64,000 nucleotides of DNA from IMG/VR virus record IMGVR_UViG_3300007171_000061, positions 14,357-78,356 of that record, one strand, 5' to 3'. The notes under the pieces were generated by a model that did no database searches, was not told the origin of the DNA, and saw only the letters and a list, made by a program, of their open reading frames with translations. Positions within the stretch are counted from its first letter, which is position 1; the number at the start of each line of letters is the position of its first letter. The position numbers and the translations under genes were made by a program. Positions 1 through 9,538 of the stretch are shown here, piece by piece. Origin of the DNA: a virus (lineage: Duplodnaviria > Caudoviricetes).

Positions 1-861
1 ACTACCCAATACACCAACAGGAGTATAACGCTTTGCATCATAGAAATTGCGAATAAATTCATCTTGCTTACCTTCTTCAAGATAAGTGTTAGGGTCTTTA
101 TATCGCATGTGCATAATCTTAACTTTACCTTTTGGCAAAGCCTTGACTACATCTTCTGTTGCTTCTTTACCAGCTTTGTCATTATCATAACAAACAATGA
201 TGTTATCAAAACTATCAAAGAAACGATACTGCGCTGCGATTTGTTTATGTGAGTTAGCACCTGTAGTTGGTGATACTACAGCCATTTCATAATCACCATT
301 GCGACTTTTATTGTAATCAGCAAACATCTGATATGCAGATAGTGCATCAAGCTCACCTTCAGTGATCAGAATGTACTTGCCGCCACGGTTAAACTTAAAC
401 TGCATGAACAATTCACAGTCAGCACCTGTTCGACCTTTGGAATAAAAATTCTTTGGTACTTCACGGATTTTATATCCTACGATTTGACCGTCTTGTGTGG
501 TTGGGTAATACTGCTCTTCAACTTCACCGTCATCATCATACGCATACCGTACACCAAAAGGTTTTGTAGTTTCATCTTTTAATCCACGGAAACCCTTACC
601 AGCTACACCAGTTACGGATTTAATCTCTGCATTTTCATCTGGTGTCATTGCAGGTTTACCACTTGGTTTAACTTCCATACTCTTTTCTTCCTTTGCTGTT
701 GATCTTACTTTGGTTGTCTTCTTAGGGTTTAACTCCTTGAATTCACTAGACGGTACTGTATGTTCACAGACAAAGCAATGTGAAGAGCCACCTTCGTATA
801 CTGCCTTACCATCTGAGCTACCGCACTTATCGCAATTTGTATGCTTGATGAATGCTGCCAT
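1..861 (-). CDS. T7 gp4-like DNA primase(-helicase), N-terminal part; runs off the left edge
   Basis: ATG at 861 gives MAAFIKHTNCDKCGSSDG...HCFVCEH (Zn-binding domain), then TOPRIM motifs EGELDA and YDNDKAG; frame open to position 1; absent from the ORF track. Confidence 0.9.
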   Translation of the reverse strand, partial: MAAFIKHTNCDKCGSSDGKAVYEGGSSHCFVCEHTVPSSEFKELNPKKTTKVRSTAKEEKSMEVKPSGKPAMTPDENAEIKSVTGVAGKGFRGLKDETTKPFGVRYAYDDDGEVEEQYYPTTQDGQIVGYKIREVPKNFYSKGRTGADCELFMQFKFNRGGKYILITEGELDALSAYQMFADYNKSRNGDYEMAVVSPTTGANSHKQIAAQYRFFDSFDNIIVCYDNDKAGKEATEDVVKALPKGKVKIMHMRYKDPNTYLEEGKQDEFIRNFYDAKRYTPVGVLGS

Positions 862-869
862 TTTACTCC

Positions 870-1889
870 TTATTCATTTTTCAGTAACCAAGAATTTGAG
901 ATTGACTTAAAGCTACGATCATGCACAGTATTGCTCTTGAATACAACACCTTCACGATTGCTACCATTTAGCAAAGATTTACCTTCTGCAAAATCCAAGA
1001 TAGACTGAATACTTTGTTCTTTAATATCAGTAGATTCTGCAATAATTGGTACATGTTTCAAACCAATACGTTCACACGCTGCTTTAAGCTGCACAGGCAA
1101 AATGTATTGCCCCGTATGAGTATTGTACATGTCGTACACATAGAAGTCAAGCTGTGTTTTGTACTGATTACCTTGGATGCCTTCACCAATCATTTCACCT
1201 TGAATAGCCATGCCCTTCATAAAATTGCGGCGCATAACATCTTCAATCTGAAACTTACGTGCTACTTTCCAGAATGAATTTGCTTCGTCTTCTTTCAGAT
1301 CAAGATTGCGTGAGCATACGTGAAATACGTCTTCATCGTCAAGATAGAAAGTGCAAGATGAACCATCAAGTTTTTCTGTAATAGACCAAGTGTCAAGCAT
1401 GAGTTCATCGAACTGTTTACTTAAGTTTTGAATACGCTCTTGATCAGTCTTTGGTACTAACGAAGGAAAATTGCCTCGTGCCATACCAGCGAGTTGAGCA
1501 TTCATTGGGCGTTCCCACTTTAGGATGCCAAGATGTTCTGTAAGGTCCAATCCTTCCGCAACAAGATGACCAGCACCTTTGATTGTATCCTCTGGAATCG
1601 GCAGCAACAAACCTTGTGAGAGTTGACCACGTAGTTTTACTGTACGTAGACGTTCACCTTTTACACCTTCAAATTCCCTTGGCTCTTTGCCTTTGGATAG
1701 GAATGGTGCTAATTCTGTTGGAATCCATGCATCAATTTCTACGTAACAAGCGAGTGAATCAACTTGAAATTCACCCTTCTTAACTACCACTTTCCAACCA
1801 TCGACTACAGCTACTTCAATAGCGTCTGCACCTTCGATTGGTTCAATAGCTGCAATCTTACGAATCGTTGCTAATTTTCGTTCTGTCAT
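870..1889 (-). CDS. RNA ligase (DRB0094/Rnl2-like) with N-terminal OB-type extension
   Basis: Motif I TEKLDGSS, GEMIG, REGVVFK, FKSISN; N-terminus IEPIEGADAIEVAVVDGWKVVVKKGEF. Confidence 0.85.
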   Translation of the reverse strand: MTERKLATIRKIAAIEPIEGADAIEVAVVDGWKVVVKKGEFQVDSLACYVEIDAWIPTELAPFLSKGKEPREFEGVKGERLRTVKLRGQLSQGLLLPIPEDTIKGAGHLVAEGLDLTEHLGILKWERPMNAQLAGMARGNFPSLVPKTDQERIQNLSKQFDELMLDTWSITEKLDGSSCTFYLDDEDVFHVCSRNLDLKEDEANSFWKVARKFQIEDVMRRNFMKGMAIQGEMIGEGIQGNQYKTQLDFYVYDMYNTHTGQYILPVQLKAACERIGLKHVPIIAESTDIKEQSIQSILDFAEGKSLLNGSNREGVVFKSNTVHDRSFKSISNSWLLKNE

Positions 1890-1905
1890 AACTTCTCCTT
1901 TTCTG

Positions 1906-2181
1906 TTATTTGAAATATCTAACTCTAGATAAATAAAGCTGATGAACTTCAGGTTCTAGATCACAGTGGAAATAAATTCTCCAATACTCTCGACCCATGA
2001 GTTTTTCTCGTGCATTTGTACAAGTCTGAAAGCATATCACAAAATCTTCAGTTTCAACTTCAAGATTTCTGTAGCTAAATTTTGTAAAAGAAAGTTCTTC
2101 TGTTGCTTTCGTAAAAGCTTCCGTAGCTTCTACTTGTGTTGCATACACATTTAGTATTGGAAGTTTCCGGCGTTGCATCAC
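1906..2181 (-). CDS. hypothetical protein
   Basis: 91 aa ORF overlapping the ligase stop; co-oriented. Confidence 0.6.
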   Translation of the reverse strand: MMQRRKLPILNVYATQVEATEAFTKATEELSFTKFSYRNLEVETEDFVICFQTCTNAREKLMGREYWRIYFHCDLEPEVHQLYLSRVRYFK

Positions 2182-3083
2182 AAATCATCTTTATGCCGGA
2201 TACCGACAAGAACGGGAAAGCGTGGTACATTATACCCGTTTCCAACATCAAAATACTTAACCTTTGCAAGTTGACCCATCAGTGTTTCCCTGCGTTCCCA
2301 CAAGTCCTCACGGATAGCATCAGTCATACCGCTACCACAACTGAACGTATCGCCTTTAGAGGTGCATAGAATCAACGATCCCATAGTGTCTAAGGCTACC
2401 ATACCATCCTTAGCTGTAGAGCGTGCTGTACGCCCTAATTCATTGGTCTTTGCTTCATTGGTGTTGGTGTACTTAGGCTCCCAACCGATGATTTCAAATT
2501 CATTGTCAACAAAGCGTTTTACTTTTTGTAGCTCAGGATTCTTTGTGCCAGATCGACCGCATTTGTATTTAGCATTTGGATCATGAAGCATGATACCTTC
2601 AGCACCTTGCGCCAGCATCTTAGCTTCAAATTCATCTATGTCTGAATCTTCCCATACAGGTAAATGCTCTAGTACTTCTACTCTAAAGGGTAGTGCATCT
2701 CTTCTTTGCAATTCAATCAAACGAGCATAACGCTCAAGCCAATTAGCAGTAGGATGCCAGCGATCAAATACCCAAAAGGTAAAGTTGGGTTCACCTTCAA
2801 TACGCATAACGCCAGAGGTACTTTGGTTAAATACATCAGGTGCATTCTTATCACCTACGATAAGCTCACCGTCCATACCATCTAGCATTTCCCAATGGTG
2901 TTTAACATAAGCTTGAATGCTCAGGTTAGGAATGCGCTTAAGGCTTCGGGTGTAAGCTACACCACCAAATACAATGCAGCGAATACCATCAAGCTTTTCA
3001 GACATGTAGAGATTATCTGGTTGTGTCTTTACTTTTGTTTGTTCGATTGCGAGTTGTGGTTTAAAACCTTCAGGTATAGTCAT
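2178..3083 (-). CDS. lig: ATP-dependent DNA ligase
   Basis: SEKLDGIRC, DGELI, EGIML, KVKRF, C-terminal OB with RFPV. Confidence 0.93.
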   Translation of the reverse strand: MTIPEGFKPQLAIEQTKVKTQPDNLYMSEKLDGIRCIVFGGVAYTRSLKRIPNLSIQAYVKHHWEMLDGMDGELIVGDKNAPDVFNQSTSGVMRIEGEPNFTFWVFDRWHPTANWLERYARLIELQRRDALPFRVEVLEHLPVWEDSDIDEFEAKMLAQGAEGIMLHDPNAKYKCGRSGTKNPELQKVKRFVDNEFEIIGWEPKYTNTNEAKTNELGRTARSTAKDGMVALDTMGSLILCTSKGDTFSCGSGMTDAIREDLWERRETLMGQLAKVKYFDVGNGYNVPRFPVLVGIRHKDDL

Positions 3084-3307
3084 ACTTCAATCTCCTTAAT
3101 TACTTTGCGTGATTTCTTAAAGTTTTTGTTTCTAAGATAGTCTCTTGCTAGTTGTTGCATTGCACTTTCTGCGCGATCTAACTCATTTCGAATATGATGA
3201 GTTTGCCAAAAGAGAGTATACGGAATTTTTGATTGTACAAAATATTTGGTTTCCCATATGTCGTACCAGTTACTGTACACTGACTTTTCAAGGATGCGAA
3301 ATTTCAT
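3080..3307 (-). CDS. hypothetical protein
   Basis: 75 aa ORF, 4-nt overlap with the ligase start. Confidence 0.6.
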   Translation of the reverse strand: MKFRILEKSVYSNWYDIWETKYFVQSKIPYTLFWQTHHIRNELDRAESAMQQLARDYLRNKNFKKSRKVIKEIEV

Positions 3308-3433
3308 CGTGCTACCACCTGCAATATCATATTAATACCTTGGATAACCATCTGCTGTTCCATAGGGTTCAACTGATGCCAATTGCGATTGTCACCAAAC
3401 TTAGCTGCTACTGCAGTCCAAAACTTTTCTACA

Positions 3434-3862
3434 TCACTCATGATTTTCTCCTAAAGTTAGAGTACCTGTTCTCAGCACCAATTCTTTCTTGAATAGCATC
3501 TCAACGAAATTACCTTTAATCTGCTTCTGAGTCTCAAGTATAGCATGAATATGATCAGTTGTCATATCGCACAAAGGAATATAAATTCCATCAGGTAGGT
3601 GCTCAAAGTTCTTACCATAGCTCTTCCACACGAAAGCTTCACGCACTACATGAAATGGATCACTTAGGTATACCGTCAAGTCTTCTGCTGGTGTTGTATT
3701 AATGCTACGGCGCAAGTAGTCGTTACCACCATCTACAATGTACATTTCACCAGTGAACTTATCTAAGTGCTGTACATAGTCATGCCTGTGATAGCTACGC
3801 AAGTAAGTACCATCAGGTGTCATGATTGCATTACGGATGATAATATCAGTCATCGTTGTCAT
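3434..3862 (-). CDS. conserved phage hypothetical protein
   Basis: 142 aa; SYHRHDYV...VDGGNDYLRR segment typical of a phage family. Confidence 0.65.
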   Translation of the reverse strand: MTTMTDIIIRNAIMTPDGTYLRSYHRHDYVQHLDKFTGEMYIVDGGNDYLRRSINTTPAEDLTVYLSDPFHVVREAFVWKSYGKNFEHLPDGIYIPLCDMTTDHIHAILETQKQIKGNFVEMLFKKELVLRTGTLTLGENHE

Positions 3863-3998
3863 TCCATATTTCTACAAGTTCAGGATCATGTGCAGTTGGA
3901 TCAAAGCATTGCATTGCTCGTTTGATAGCTTCCTCTGAATTGCACACATCATCAATGACAAGTGTTTCTTCGACTTTGATAGTTACATAATAGATCAT
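3846..3998 (-). CDS. small hypothetical protein (50 aa)
   Basis: MIYYVTIKVEETLVIDD...; read manually, fills the gap between neighbours. Confidence 0.5.
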   Translation of the reverse strand: MIYYVTIKVEETLVIDDVCNSEEAIKRAMQCFDPTAHDPELVEIWNDNDD

Positions 3999-4001
3999 GG
4001 T

Positions 4002-4283
4002 TTACCCTTTCAAGTTAAAAGCTGCGGTTAATACTACACGAGCATCTTCAATGAGTTCTTCACTGTAATACTTCCATTGATCACTCTGATCTATATTGCA
4101 GGTTTCAGCTACACGATTACACAAAGCTTTAGCACCAGCAATAATCTGCTCTTGTGTAGGTTGACCACCTACCAATGCACCTACCAATGCTTCCAACCTA
4201 TCATTACGGGCACGTAACAGACGGTTCTCTTGCTCTAGTTCATCAATTGCATTTTGCATGCGTTCTTCTGCGATATCACTCAT
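4002..4283 (-). CDS. hypothetical protein, short coiled coil
   Basis: ORF track; tight operon packing. Confidence 0.6.
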   Translation of the reverse strand: MSDIAEERMQNAIDELEQENRLLRARNDRLEALVGALVGGQPTQEQIIAGAKALCNRVAETCNIDQSDQWKYYSEELIEDARVVLTAAFNLKG

Positions 4284-4519
4284 AGTTTCTCCTTTGTTAG
4301 ATATTTATTAGCAAAATATTTATAAGCCTCAAATGCAATTCTATCCATCCAAATAGTTACATTTGTAGTACTATTTATGTTTTCAATCCAACGTCTAGTT
4401 ATAACTCTAAGAGTGCAGTCACCGATAAAACCATCATTAGAAAATTTTTCATGATCTAGAATTATTGCTCTAAACTCATTTTCAGTTATAGAAGACAAGA
4501 ACTCGTTCCAGCTAATCAT
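4280..4519 (-). CDS. hypothetical protein
   Basis: ORF track; 4-nt overlaps on both sides. Confidence 0.6.
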   Translation of the reverse strand: MISWNEFLSSITENEFRAIILDHEKFSNDGFIGDCTLRVITRRWIENINSTTNVTIWMDRIAFEAYKYFANKYLTKEKL

Positions 4520-4782
4520 AGTTTCTCCATTTTAATATTACGTAAAGAAGGACTTTTATGCATTTGCATCAGATACCAGCTTGCACTTTTATCATCACAA
4601 GCATAAGTACGATTTGAGATTGTACCATCACTTTTGACTTCTTGCCAACTTAGACGAACATTTTTAACGTCTGTTTTCTTAAAGGTCTTCATTGTGTCTG
4701 TTCTCCGGTGTAGCTGCAGTGAATCGCTTGTGAATGATGTTCCAAGCTTCGTAGTTAACTTGCATTGTAGCAGATAAATCAC
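4516..4782 (-). CDS. hypothetical protein (true start probably internal, MKTFKK near 4692)
   Basis: ORF track; upstream part overlaps the next gene. Confidence 0.5.
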   Translation of the reverse strand: MIYLLQCKLTTKLGTSFTSDSLQLHRRTDTMKTFKKTDVKNVRLSWQEVKSDGTISNRTYACDDKSASWYLMQMHKSPSLRNIKMEKL

Positions 4783-5056
4783 GAAAAGCTAAGTTCTTGA
4801 TCTTTAATACATCATTGCGCTTATTCCAGATAAACTGCCAATCTGTAGTACTATCTGCATATTCTAAAGCTTGCTCATGTGTATACTCAGGTACTCTTCG
4901 CATTCTACACAAAGAAAATTTTGTCTGTTTGATATAGTAGTGATAGAAATTCTTTTTGGTTTGCTCTTTAGCTTTCTTTAAAGATTCTAAGTACTCACAA
5001 CAAAGAGTAAAGATAACCTCTGCTGGAACGTTTGTTGTTACTTCTGGTGTACTCAT
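4679..5056 (-). CDS. hypothetical protein
   Basis: ORF track; operon packing. Confidence 0.6.
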   Translation of the reverse strand: MSTPEVTTNVPAEVIFTLCCEYLESLKKAKEQTKKNFYHYYIKQTKFSLCRMRRVPEYTHEQALEYADSTTDWQFIWNKRNDVLKIKNLAFRDLSATMQVNYEAWNIIHKRFTAATPENRHNEDL

Positions 5057-5352
5057 GATCCCATCCCTTCTGATCCTAGTGGTTTGTAGATTGTGTTGCG
5101 AGTGATAATTGTACCGTCAAAAAGAACTTTCTGTACACTTGATGTTCTTACATTGCTACAATTACCTAAAGCTGGATGACCGATGACGTACTGCAGATGA
5201 GCTACTTGATGTTCACCCCATTGAGAGAACTGAGGTGTACCGATGTAGTATACCTCTGGTTTCTCTTGTACTTCAAGCTTTACCTTTGGGATGCACCCAT
5301 GTTGCATGCAATGATTTACTGTTTCGCATTCATCACAAATAACTCTATTCAT
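5053..5352 (-). CDS. hypothetical protein with N-terminal CxxC..HC..C motif
   Basis: ICDECETVNHCMQHGC; GGAG RBS upstream; first gene of the leftward operon. Confidence 0.6.
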   Translation of the reverse strand: MNRVICDECETVNHCMQHGCIPKVKLEVQEKPEVYYIGTPQFSQWGEHQVAHLQYVIGHPALGNCSNVRTSSVQKVLFDGTIITRNTIYKPLGSEGMGS

Positions 5353-5410
5353 AAATACTCCTTTAACGTTTGATGATTCATTTCGCTCATACCTGCATTG
5401 TACAGCAGAT

Positions 5411-5506
5411 TTACCTAATGTTAACCTAAGATCAACCTGAGTTCAACCTTGAGACGAACCCTTCGACTATACCCTTCGCTAACCCCCGTAACCCCCTTGA
5501 TGACCT
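5411..5506. repeat. helically phased ACC(T/C) imperfect repeat, about 9 copies
   Basis: First C of the motif at 5414, 5425, 5436, 5447, 5459, 5472, 5483, 5492, 5504. Confidence 0.6.
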
Positions 5507-5571
5507 GAATTGTATCAACTTCCGCAACTCTTGTCAAGCCCCTATCTGCAAAATAATTTAAAAAATATTTG

Positions 5572-5632
5572 TTGCATTGAGCAAAAGCTGTGCTACAGTA
5601 GAGCCTTCAATCAACAACCGAAAGGAAGCAAC
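5572..5632 (+). promoter_or_regulatory. sigma70-like promoter plus CAACAAC leader and RBS
   Basis: TTGCAT-16-TACAGT with TG extension, then TCAACAAC and AAAGGA before ATG 5633. Confidence 0.6.
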
Positions 5633-6058
5633 ATGCTGCTAAAATCTGAATTTGTACACATGGTCAATCATCTAGGTCTTGAAGATGGTGAACTAGCTCT
5701 AGCTGAAATTGTGTGGGAGAAAGCTGAACGAGCAATGCAAGGTAAACCAGTACAGGAAGCTAAGTTGCTAAAGAGTGAAGTGTTTACTCGCAATGAGAAT
5801 CCTAATGCTCTAACACAAGCGGAACTGCAGATGCTAACAGATGGTCTAGCTGGTGTACTTGCAGGTGATGAGCGTCAACTCAACCTGTTGAAGATTCGTA
5901 TTGATCAGTGCTGGAATAAAAGTAACCCGGATGACAAAGATAGTGAACCATATTTTGATATGATGAATCAGTATCGCAATAACCAGCGCAAGATCAAGAA
6001 AGCACACAAAGCTCTTGCACATATCCAACACAAGCTTAAAAAGCAGATGGGGCGCTAA
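5633..6058 (+). CDS. hypothetical protein
   Basis: ATG 5633 with AAAGGA RBS; upstream extension in the track is probably non-coding. Confidence 0.65.
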   Translation: MLLKSEFVHMVNHLGLEDGELALAEIVWEKAERAMQGKPVQEAKLLKSEVFTRNENPNALTQAELQMLTDGLAGVLAGDERQLNLLKIRIDQCWNKSNPDDKDSEPYFDMMNQYRNNQRKIKKAHKALAHIQHKLKKQMGR

Positions 6059-6059
6059 A

Positions 6060-6404
6060 TTGACACGCAAACGCTATGAAATTGTTGCAACCTGCTTTGA
6101 TCGCAAAGGTAGAGTGCTTGGTACAGGTGTAAATGATTACAGCCGTAGTCATCCATTGGCAAAGCACTTTGCTATAGTAGCTGGTGAATCAGAACAAAAA
6201 GATAAAGTGCATGCTGAACTAGCTGCTGTACTAGCATCTGGTCGCAAGAATATTCATAGTATTTTTGTGCAACGCTTTCATAATAATGGCACAATGGCAG
6301 TAGCTGCACCATGTCCTACTTGCAAAGCTATGCTCAAAGGTTTTGGTGTTAAGATCGTGCGTTATACACATCCAGAGGGAATTAAGGAGTATCAAGTTGG
6401 CTGA
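6060..6404 (+). CDS. short cytidine-deaminase-like Zn protein
   Basis: HAE...PCPTC signature; TTG start after the upstream stop. Confidence 0.8.
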   Translation: MTRKRYEIVATCFDRKGRVLGTGVNDYSRSHPLAKHFAIVAGESEQKDKVHAELAAVLASGRKNIHSIFVQRFHNNGTMAVAAPCPTCKAMLKGFGVKIVRYTHPEGIKEYQVG

Positions 6405-6834
6405 TCAAAAACAATTAGATGAAACCTACATGGGTACTGCCTTACTTCATGCAAGGCTATCCAAAGCGAAAAGAGCGCAGGTAGGAGCCGTTTTAGTTAC
6501 TAGTCAAGGGGTTACCCTCACTGGTTACAACGGTACTCCTAGAGGGCTTCCTAATGAGTGTGAAGATACTTACTGGGATGCAAATCATGGTGACTATCTG
6601 GTAACAAAACCCGAAGTAATTCATGCTGAACTCAACTGCATCTTAAAAGCTGCTCGTGAAGGCGTAAGCTGTATTGGTGCTACAATGTATGTTACTCTAT
6701 CACCTTGTGTACCTTGCGCTGCTATGATGATTCAAGCTGATGTAAAACGCTTGGTGTACAAAGATTTGTATCGTGATCAAGGTGGCACTGATTTGTTGCA
6801 ACGTGCAGGTATTTTGGTAGAATGTTATGCTTAG
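6397..6834 (+). CDS. dCMP deaminase
   Basis: VGAV, GYNG, HAELN, PCVPC; AAGGAG RBS before TTG 6397. Confidence 0.9.
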   Translation: MADQKQLDETYMGTALLHARLSKAKRAQVGAVLVTSQGVTLTGYNGTPRGLPNECEDTYWDANHGDYLVTKPEVIHAELNCILKAAREGVSCIGATMYVTLSPCVPCAAMMIQADVKRLVYKDLYRDQGGTDLLQRAGILVECYA

Positions 6835-7036
6835 ATGGTCGGGTACAATCTTCTACATGATCGGCATGCTGCTAACTGCACTAAATATTTTTCCATTGAA
6901 TTTAATCTTTGGTGCAATTGGTGGTATACTCTGGTGTATCGTAGGCTTTAACTATAAAGATAAAGCTCTAATTTTAGTGGAAGCTGCTTCTGCAGCTATC
7001 TATTTGTTTGGTCTTTTACATTGGTGGATAAAATGA
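6827..7036 (+). CDS. small membrane protein (about 3 TM)
   Basis: Almost entirely hydrophobic 69 aa. Confidence 0.7.
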   Translation: MLRWSGTIFYMIGMLLTALNIFPLNLIFGAIGGILWCIVGFNYKDKALILVEAASAAIYLFGLLHWWIK

Positions 7037-7557
7037 AAGGAAATGATGTGACTAAAATTATTGCTGAACTTGAAACTAGGCTTGCAAATAAACGCAAAAA
7101 GTATGAGCAAGTTACAAAACTTGTAGAGTTACTACCAATGTTTAAAGATCGTATTATCAGCAATGAAATTACTGGTGATCGCTTTGAAGAGTTAGCTTCG
7201 CACTATAAGGGTGTGTACTTTGCATGGGGTATCAATCTAGGTGTAAACGAGCCTACAAATTATGAAGGTGAATATAAAGATCAACTGCATGTAAGTGTAT
7301 ACTGCAATTGCATCAGTATGTTTGGTGAAGACTTGTATAATTACGCCAACAGGACAATGCACGAAGCAATGAAAGATGTACCAATGTTTCACAACGATGC
7401 TATGAACAGTACATTTTATTTTGAACCACATCAAGTTGAACATGGTTTAGATACCATTGTTGCGTGGTACAATGAAGTTAAAGCTAAAGGTGATGCAATC
7501 TTGAAGCAAAAACGCAAAGAAGAACTTGAGCGTCAACTTAAAGAATTGGAGAATTGA
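7033..7557 (+). CDS. hypothetical protein with terminal coiled coils
   Basis: ORF track; ATG 7033 overlaps the upstream stop. Confidence 0.65.
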   Translation: MKGNDVTKIIAELETRLANKRKKYEQVTKLVELLPMFKDRIISNEITGDRFEELASHYKGVYFAWGINLGVNEPTNYEGEYKDQLHVSVYCNCISMFGEDLYNYANRTMHEAMKDVPMFHNDAMNSTFYFEPHQVEHGLDTIVAWYNEVKAKGDAILKQKRKEELERQLKELEN

Positions 7558-7558
7558 A

Positions 7559-7720
7559 ATGAGCAATCTATGGTTTAATATTCGTTTTGGAGCTAGGCAT
7601 TTCCAACTTACAAATGACTGGAAGTTTTCATTCAGCGTTAACCCGCACTGGATTGAGAATAAACCTGAGAAATTCTTTGAGGTTTATTGTATGTTTGGTG
7701 TACAGGTTTATTCAGCATGA
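7559..7720 (+). CDS. hypothetical protein
   Basis: MSNLWFNIRFG; operon packing. Confidence 0.55.
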   Translation: MSNLWFNIRFGARHFQLTNDWKFSFSVNPHWIENKPEKFFEVYCMFGVQVYSA

Positions 7721-8226
7721 ACGAAAATATTAAAGCTGGCGCTGATATCCATGCTGGTGATGGTGGATATAGCGAAGGTACAAAAGAAGGTTATGAAGCA
7801 TTTGTTAAAGCTCGTAACGCATCTAGAGGTAAACCTACTTTGTATCTAATCCGTGGTGTACCCGGAAGTGGTAAATCTACTTTTGCACAATCTCTATTAG
7901 ATAGTCGTGTAGTACAACGTGTGTATGAAGCTGACGATTATTTCATTCAAAATGGTGTATATCAGTTTGATCCCACACAACTTGAGCAAGCACACAATCA
8001 ATGCAAACGTAATACTTGGCTGGCGCTGTATGAAGGTTTGTCAGTAGCTGTATCAAATACATCTTGTGCTGAATGGGAAGTTGAAACTTATGCTACAATT
8101 GCAAAAGAGACTGAAGCTAACTTCGTGAGTATCATCCTTGAAAATCGTCACGGTGGTAAAAATATTCACGGTTGTCCTGATGTTAAAGTCGAACAGATGA
8201 AAAGGAAATTCCATGTTAAGCTATGA
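7717..8226 (+). CDS. P-loop polynucleotide kinase-like protein (AAA_33 type)
   Basis: LIRGVPGSGKST, EADDYF, VSNT, HGCP. Confidence 0.85.
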   Translation: MNENIKAGADIHAGDGGYSEGTKEGYEAFVKARNASRGKPTLYLIRGVPGSGKSTFAQSLLDSRVVQRVYEADDYFIQNGVYQFDPTQLEQAHNQCKRNTWLALYEGLSVAVSNTSCAEWEVETYATIAKETEANFVSIILENRHGGKNIHGCPDVKVEQMKRKFHVKL

Positions 8227-9103
8227 TCAACAAATGCAACTAGTCAACCGTGGTCTTGCTACTCTTAAAAACGATGGTAAGTACACTACTTTCAAGTACG
8301 CTCGTAAGGCAATGTACGAATATCTATGGTATAAAGTACCTGATCTACTCGAATGTAGAGGTCATGTATATTGCAATAGCACAAAAGAACTTGTACAAGC
8401 TGCTCCACGCAAAAGCTTCAATTATCTTGAGCGCAATTACTGGAAAGATATGCCTTTGGATACTCCAGTTGAAATGTATAAGAAAGTCAATGGTTTCATG
8501 GCTTGTGTTACTTTGCATAACGATGAAATTATTGTATCTACTACGGGTACAACTACTAGTGATTATGCAAAGTGGGCTAAAGAATTAGTCCTTCAAAATT
8601 GGCATTATTACGACATGGTGATTGCACCTGATGTTACTACACTATTTGAAGTTGTAGTACCACAAGACCCTCACATTGTGCAAGAGCGTGAAGGTTTGCA
8701 TCTACTTGGTGTACGTGAGAAAGCAAACGGTAACTTTCATCCAATGGGTGCTAATGCACGTTGTACACTAGAGCAAGCATTAGAAATCGCAAAGCATGAC
8801 CGTGGTGAAGGCTTTATGATGTATGCTTTACAAGCTGATGGTACTTACAATTACAACGAGTGCTGTAAACTAAAGACTGATTACTACATTGGTAAAAAGA
8901 AGTTAATGTGTATGACAGCAAAGAACATTGAAATAATGTATAAAGATGTGCATCACTTTAAATCTGAGTTATCTAAAATGTGGTACACTGCTGCAAAATT
9001 CATTGTGAAAGATTTCAATAAAGATGCTTGGTTAAATTCTACAGATCAAGAACGTAGACTAATCCTTGATAACTTTAGATGGAATGAACATGCAGGGTCA
9101 TAA
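8213..9103 (+). CDS. T4 Rnl1-like RNA ligase
   Basis: LLECRG, KSFNY, motif I KKVNGF, LFEVV, EGF, KLKTDYY. Confidence 0.8.
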   Translation: MLSYDQQMQLVNRGLATLKNDGKYTTFKYARKAMYEYLWYKVPDLLECRGHVYCNSTKELVQAAPRKSFNYLERNYWKDMPLDTPVEMYKKVNGFMACVTLHNDEIIVSTTGTTTSDYAKWAKELVLQNWHYYDMVIAPDVTTLFEVVVPQDPHIVQEREGLHLLGVREKANGNFHPMGANARCTLEQALEIAKHDRGEGFMMYALQADGTYNYNECCKLKTDYYIGKKKLMCMTAKNIEIMYKDVHHFKSELSKMWYTAAKFIVKDFNKDAWLNSTDQERRLILDNFRWNEHAGS

Positions 9104-9284
9104 CTTCAACAGAACGCTACACGCCAAAGGTATGTTTGTATACTGTGGTCGTTGTGGCTTGATTCGTCTTGGTAATAGAGCAACTGAAAAGCAGATTAAC
9201 AAAGCTTGTGTTGGCGCTCGTGAACTAGAAGACGAAGAGTATCTTAAAATCAAAGGACAAATGAAAGGTAACAATGCAAGATAA
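9090..9284 (+). CDS. small CxxC hypothetical protein
   Basis: YCGRCGL motif. Confidence 0.6.
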   Translation: MQGHNFNRTLHAKGMFVYCGRCGLIRLGNRATEKQINKACVGARELEDEEYLKIKGQMKGNNAR

Positions 9285-9537
9285 AATCAAACTATTAGCA
9301 CAAGAAGCTGGTTTCTGTTTCTTTTCACCAGAAGAAGACGAAGATGAACCCATTGATTGGTCCTGTGACTATGAACAGGAGTTTAAAGTATTTGCTGATT
9401 TGCTGCAGAAACAAACTCGCAAAGAAACAGTTAAAGAAATTGTAAGTTTACTCAAAGAATTGCACGAGATTAGTAAAAGCAGACATAATCTGTATTTGTG
9501 TACAGCTAACTTAATCGAAGAAGATTTTAAGGAATGA
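9274..9537 (+). CDS. hypothetical protein
   Basis: ORF track; operon packing. Confidence 0.6.
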   Translation: MQDKIKLLAQEAGFCFFSPEEDEDEPIDWSCDYEQEFKVFADLLQKQTRKETVKEIVSLLKELHEISKSRHNLYLCTANLIEEDFKE

Positions 9538-9538
9538 T

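Noticed and set aside
5510-5632. N-terminal extension of the 5510-6058 ORF
   Set aside because: Overlaps promoter and leader; the RBS supports ATG 5633.
6362-6370. Isolated DnaA-box match TTATACACA
   Set aside because: Single copy inside coding DNA; expected by chance.
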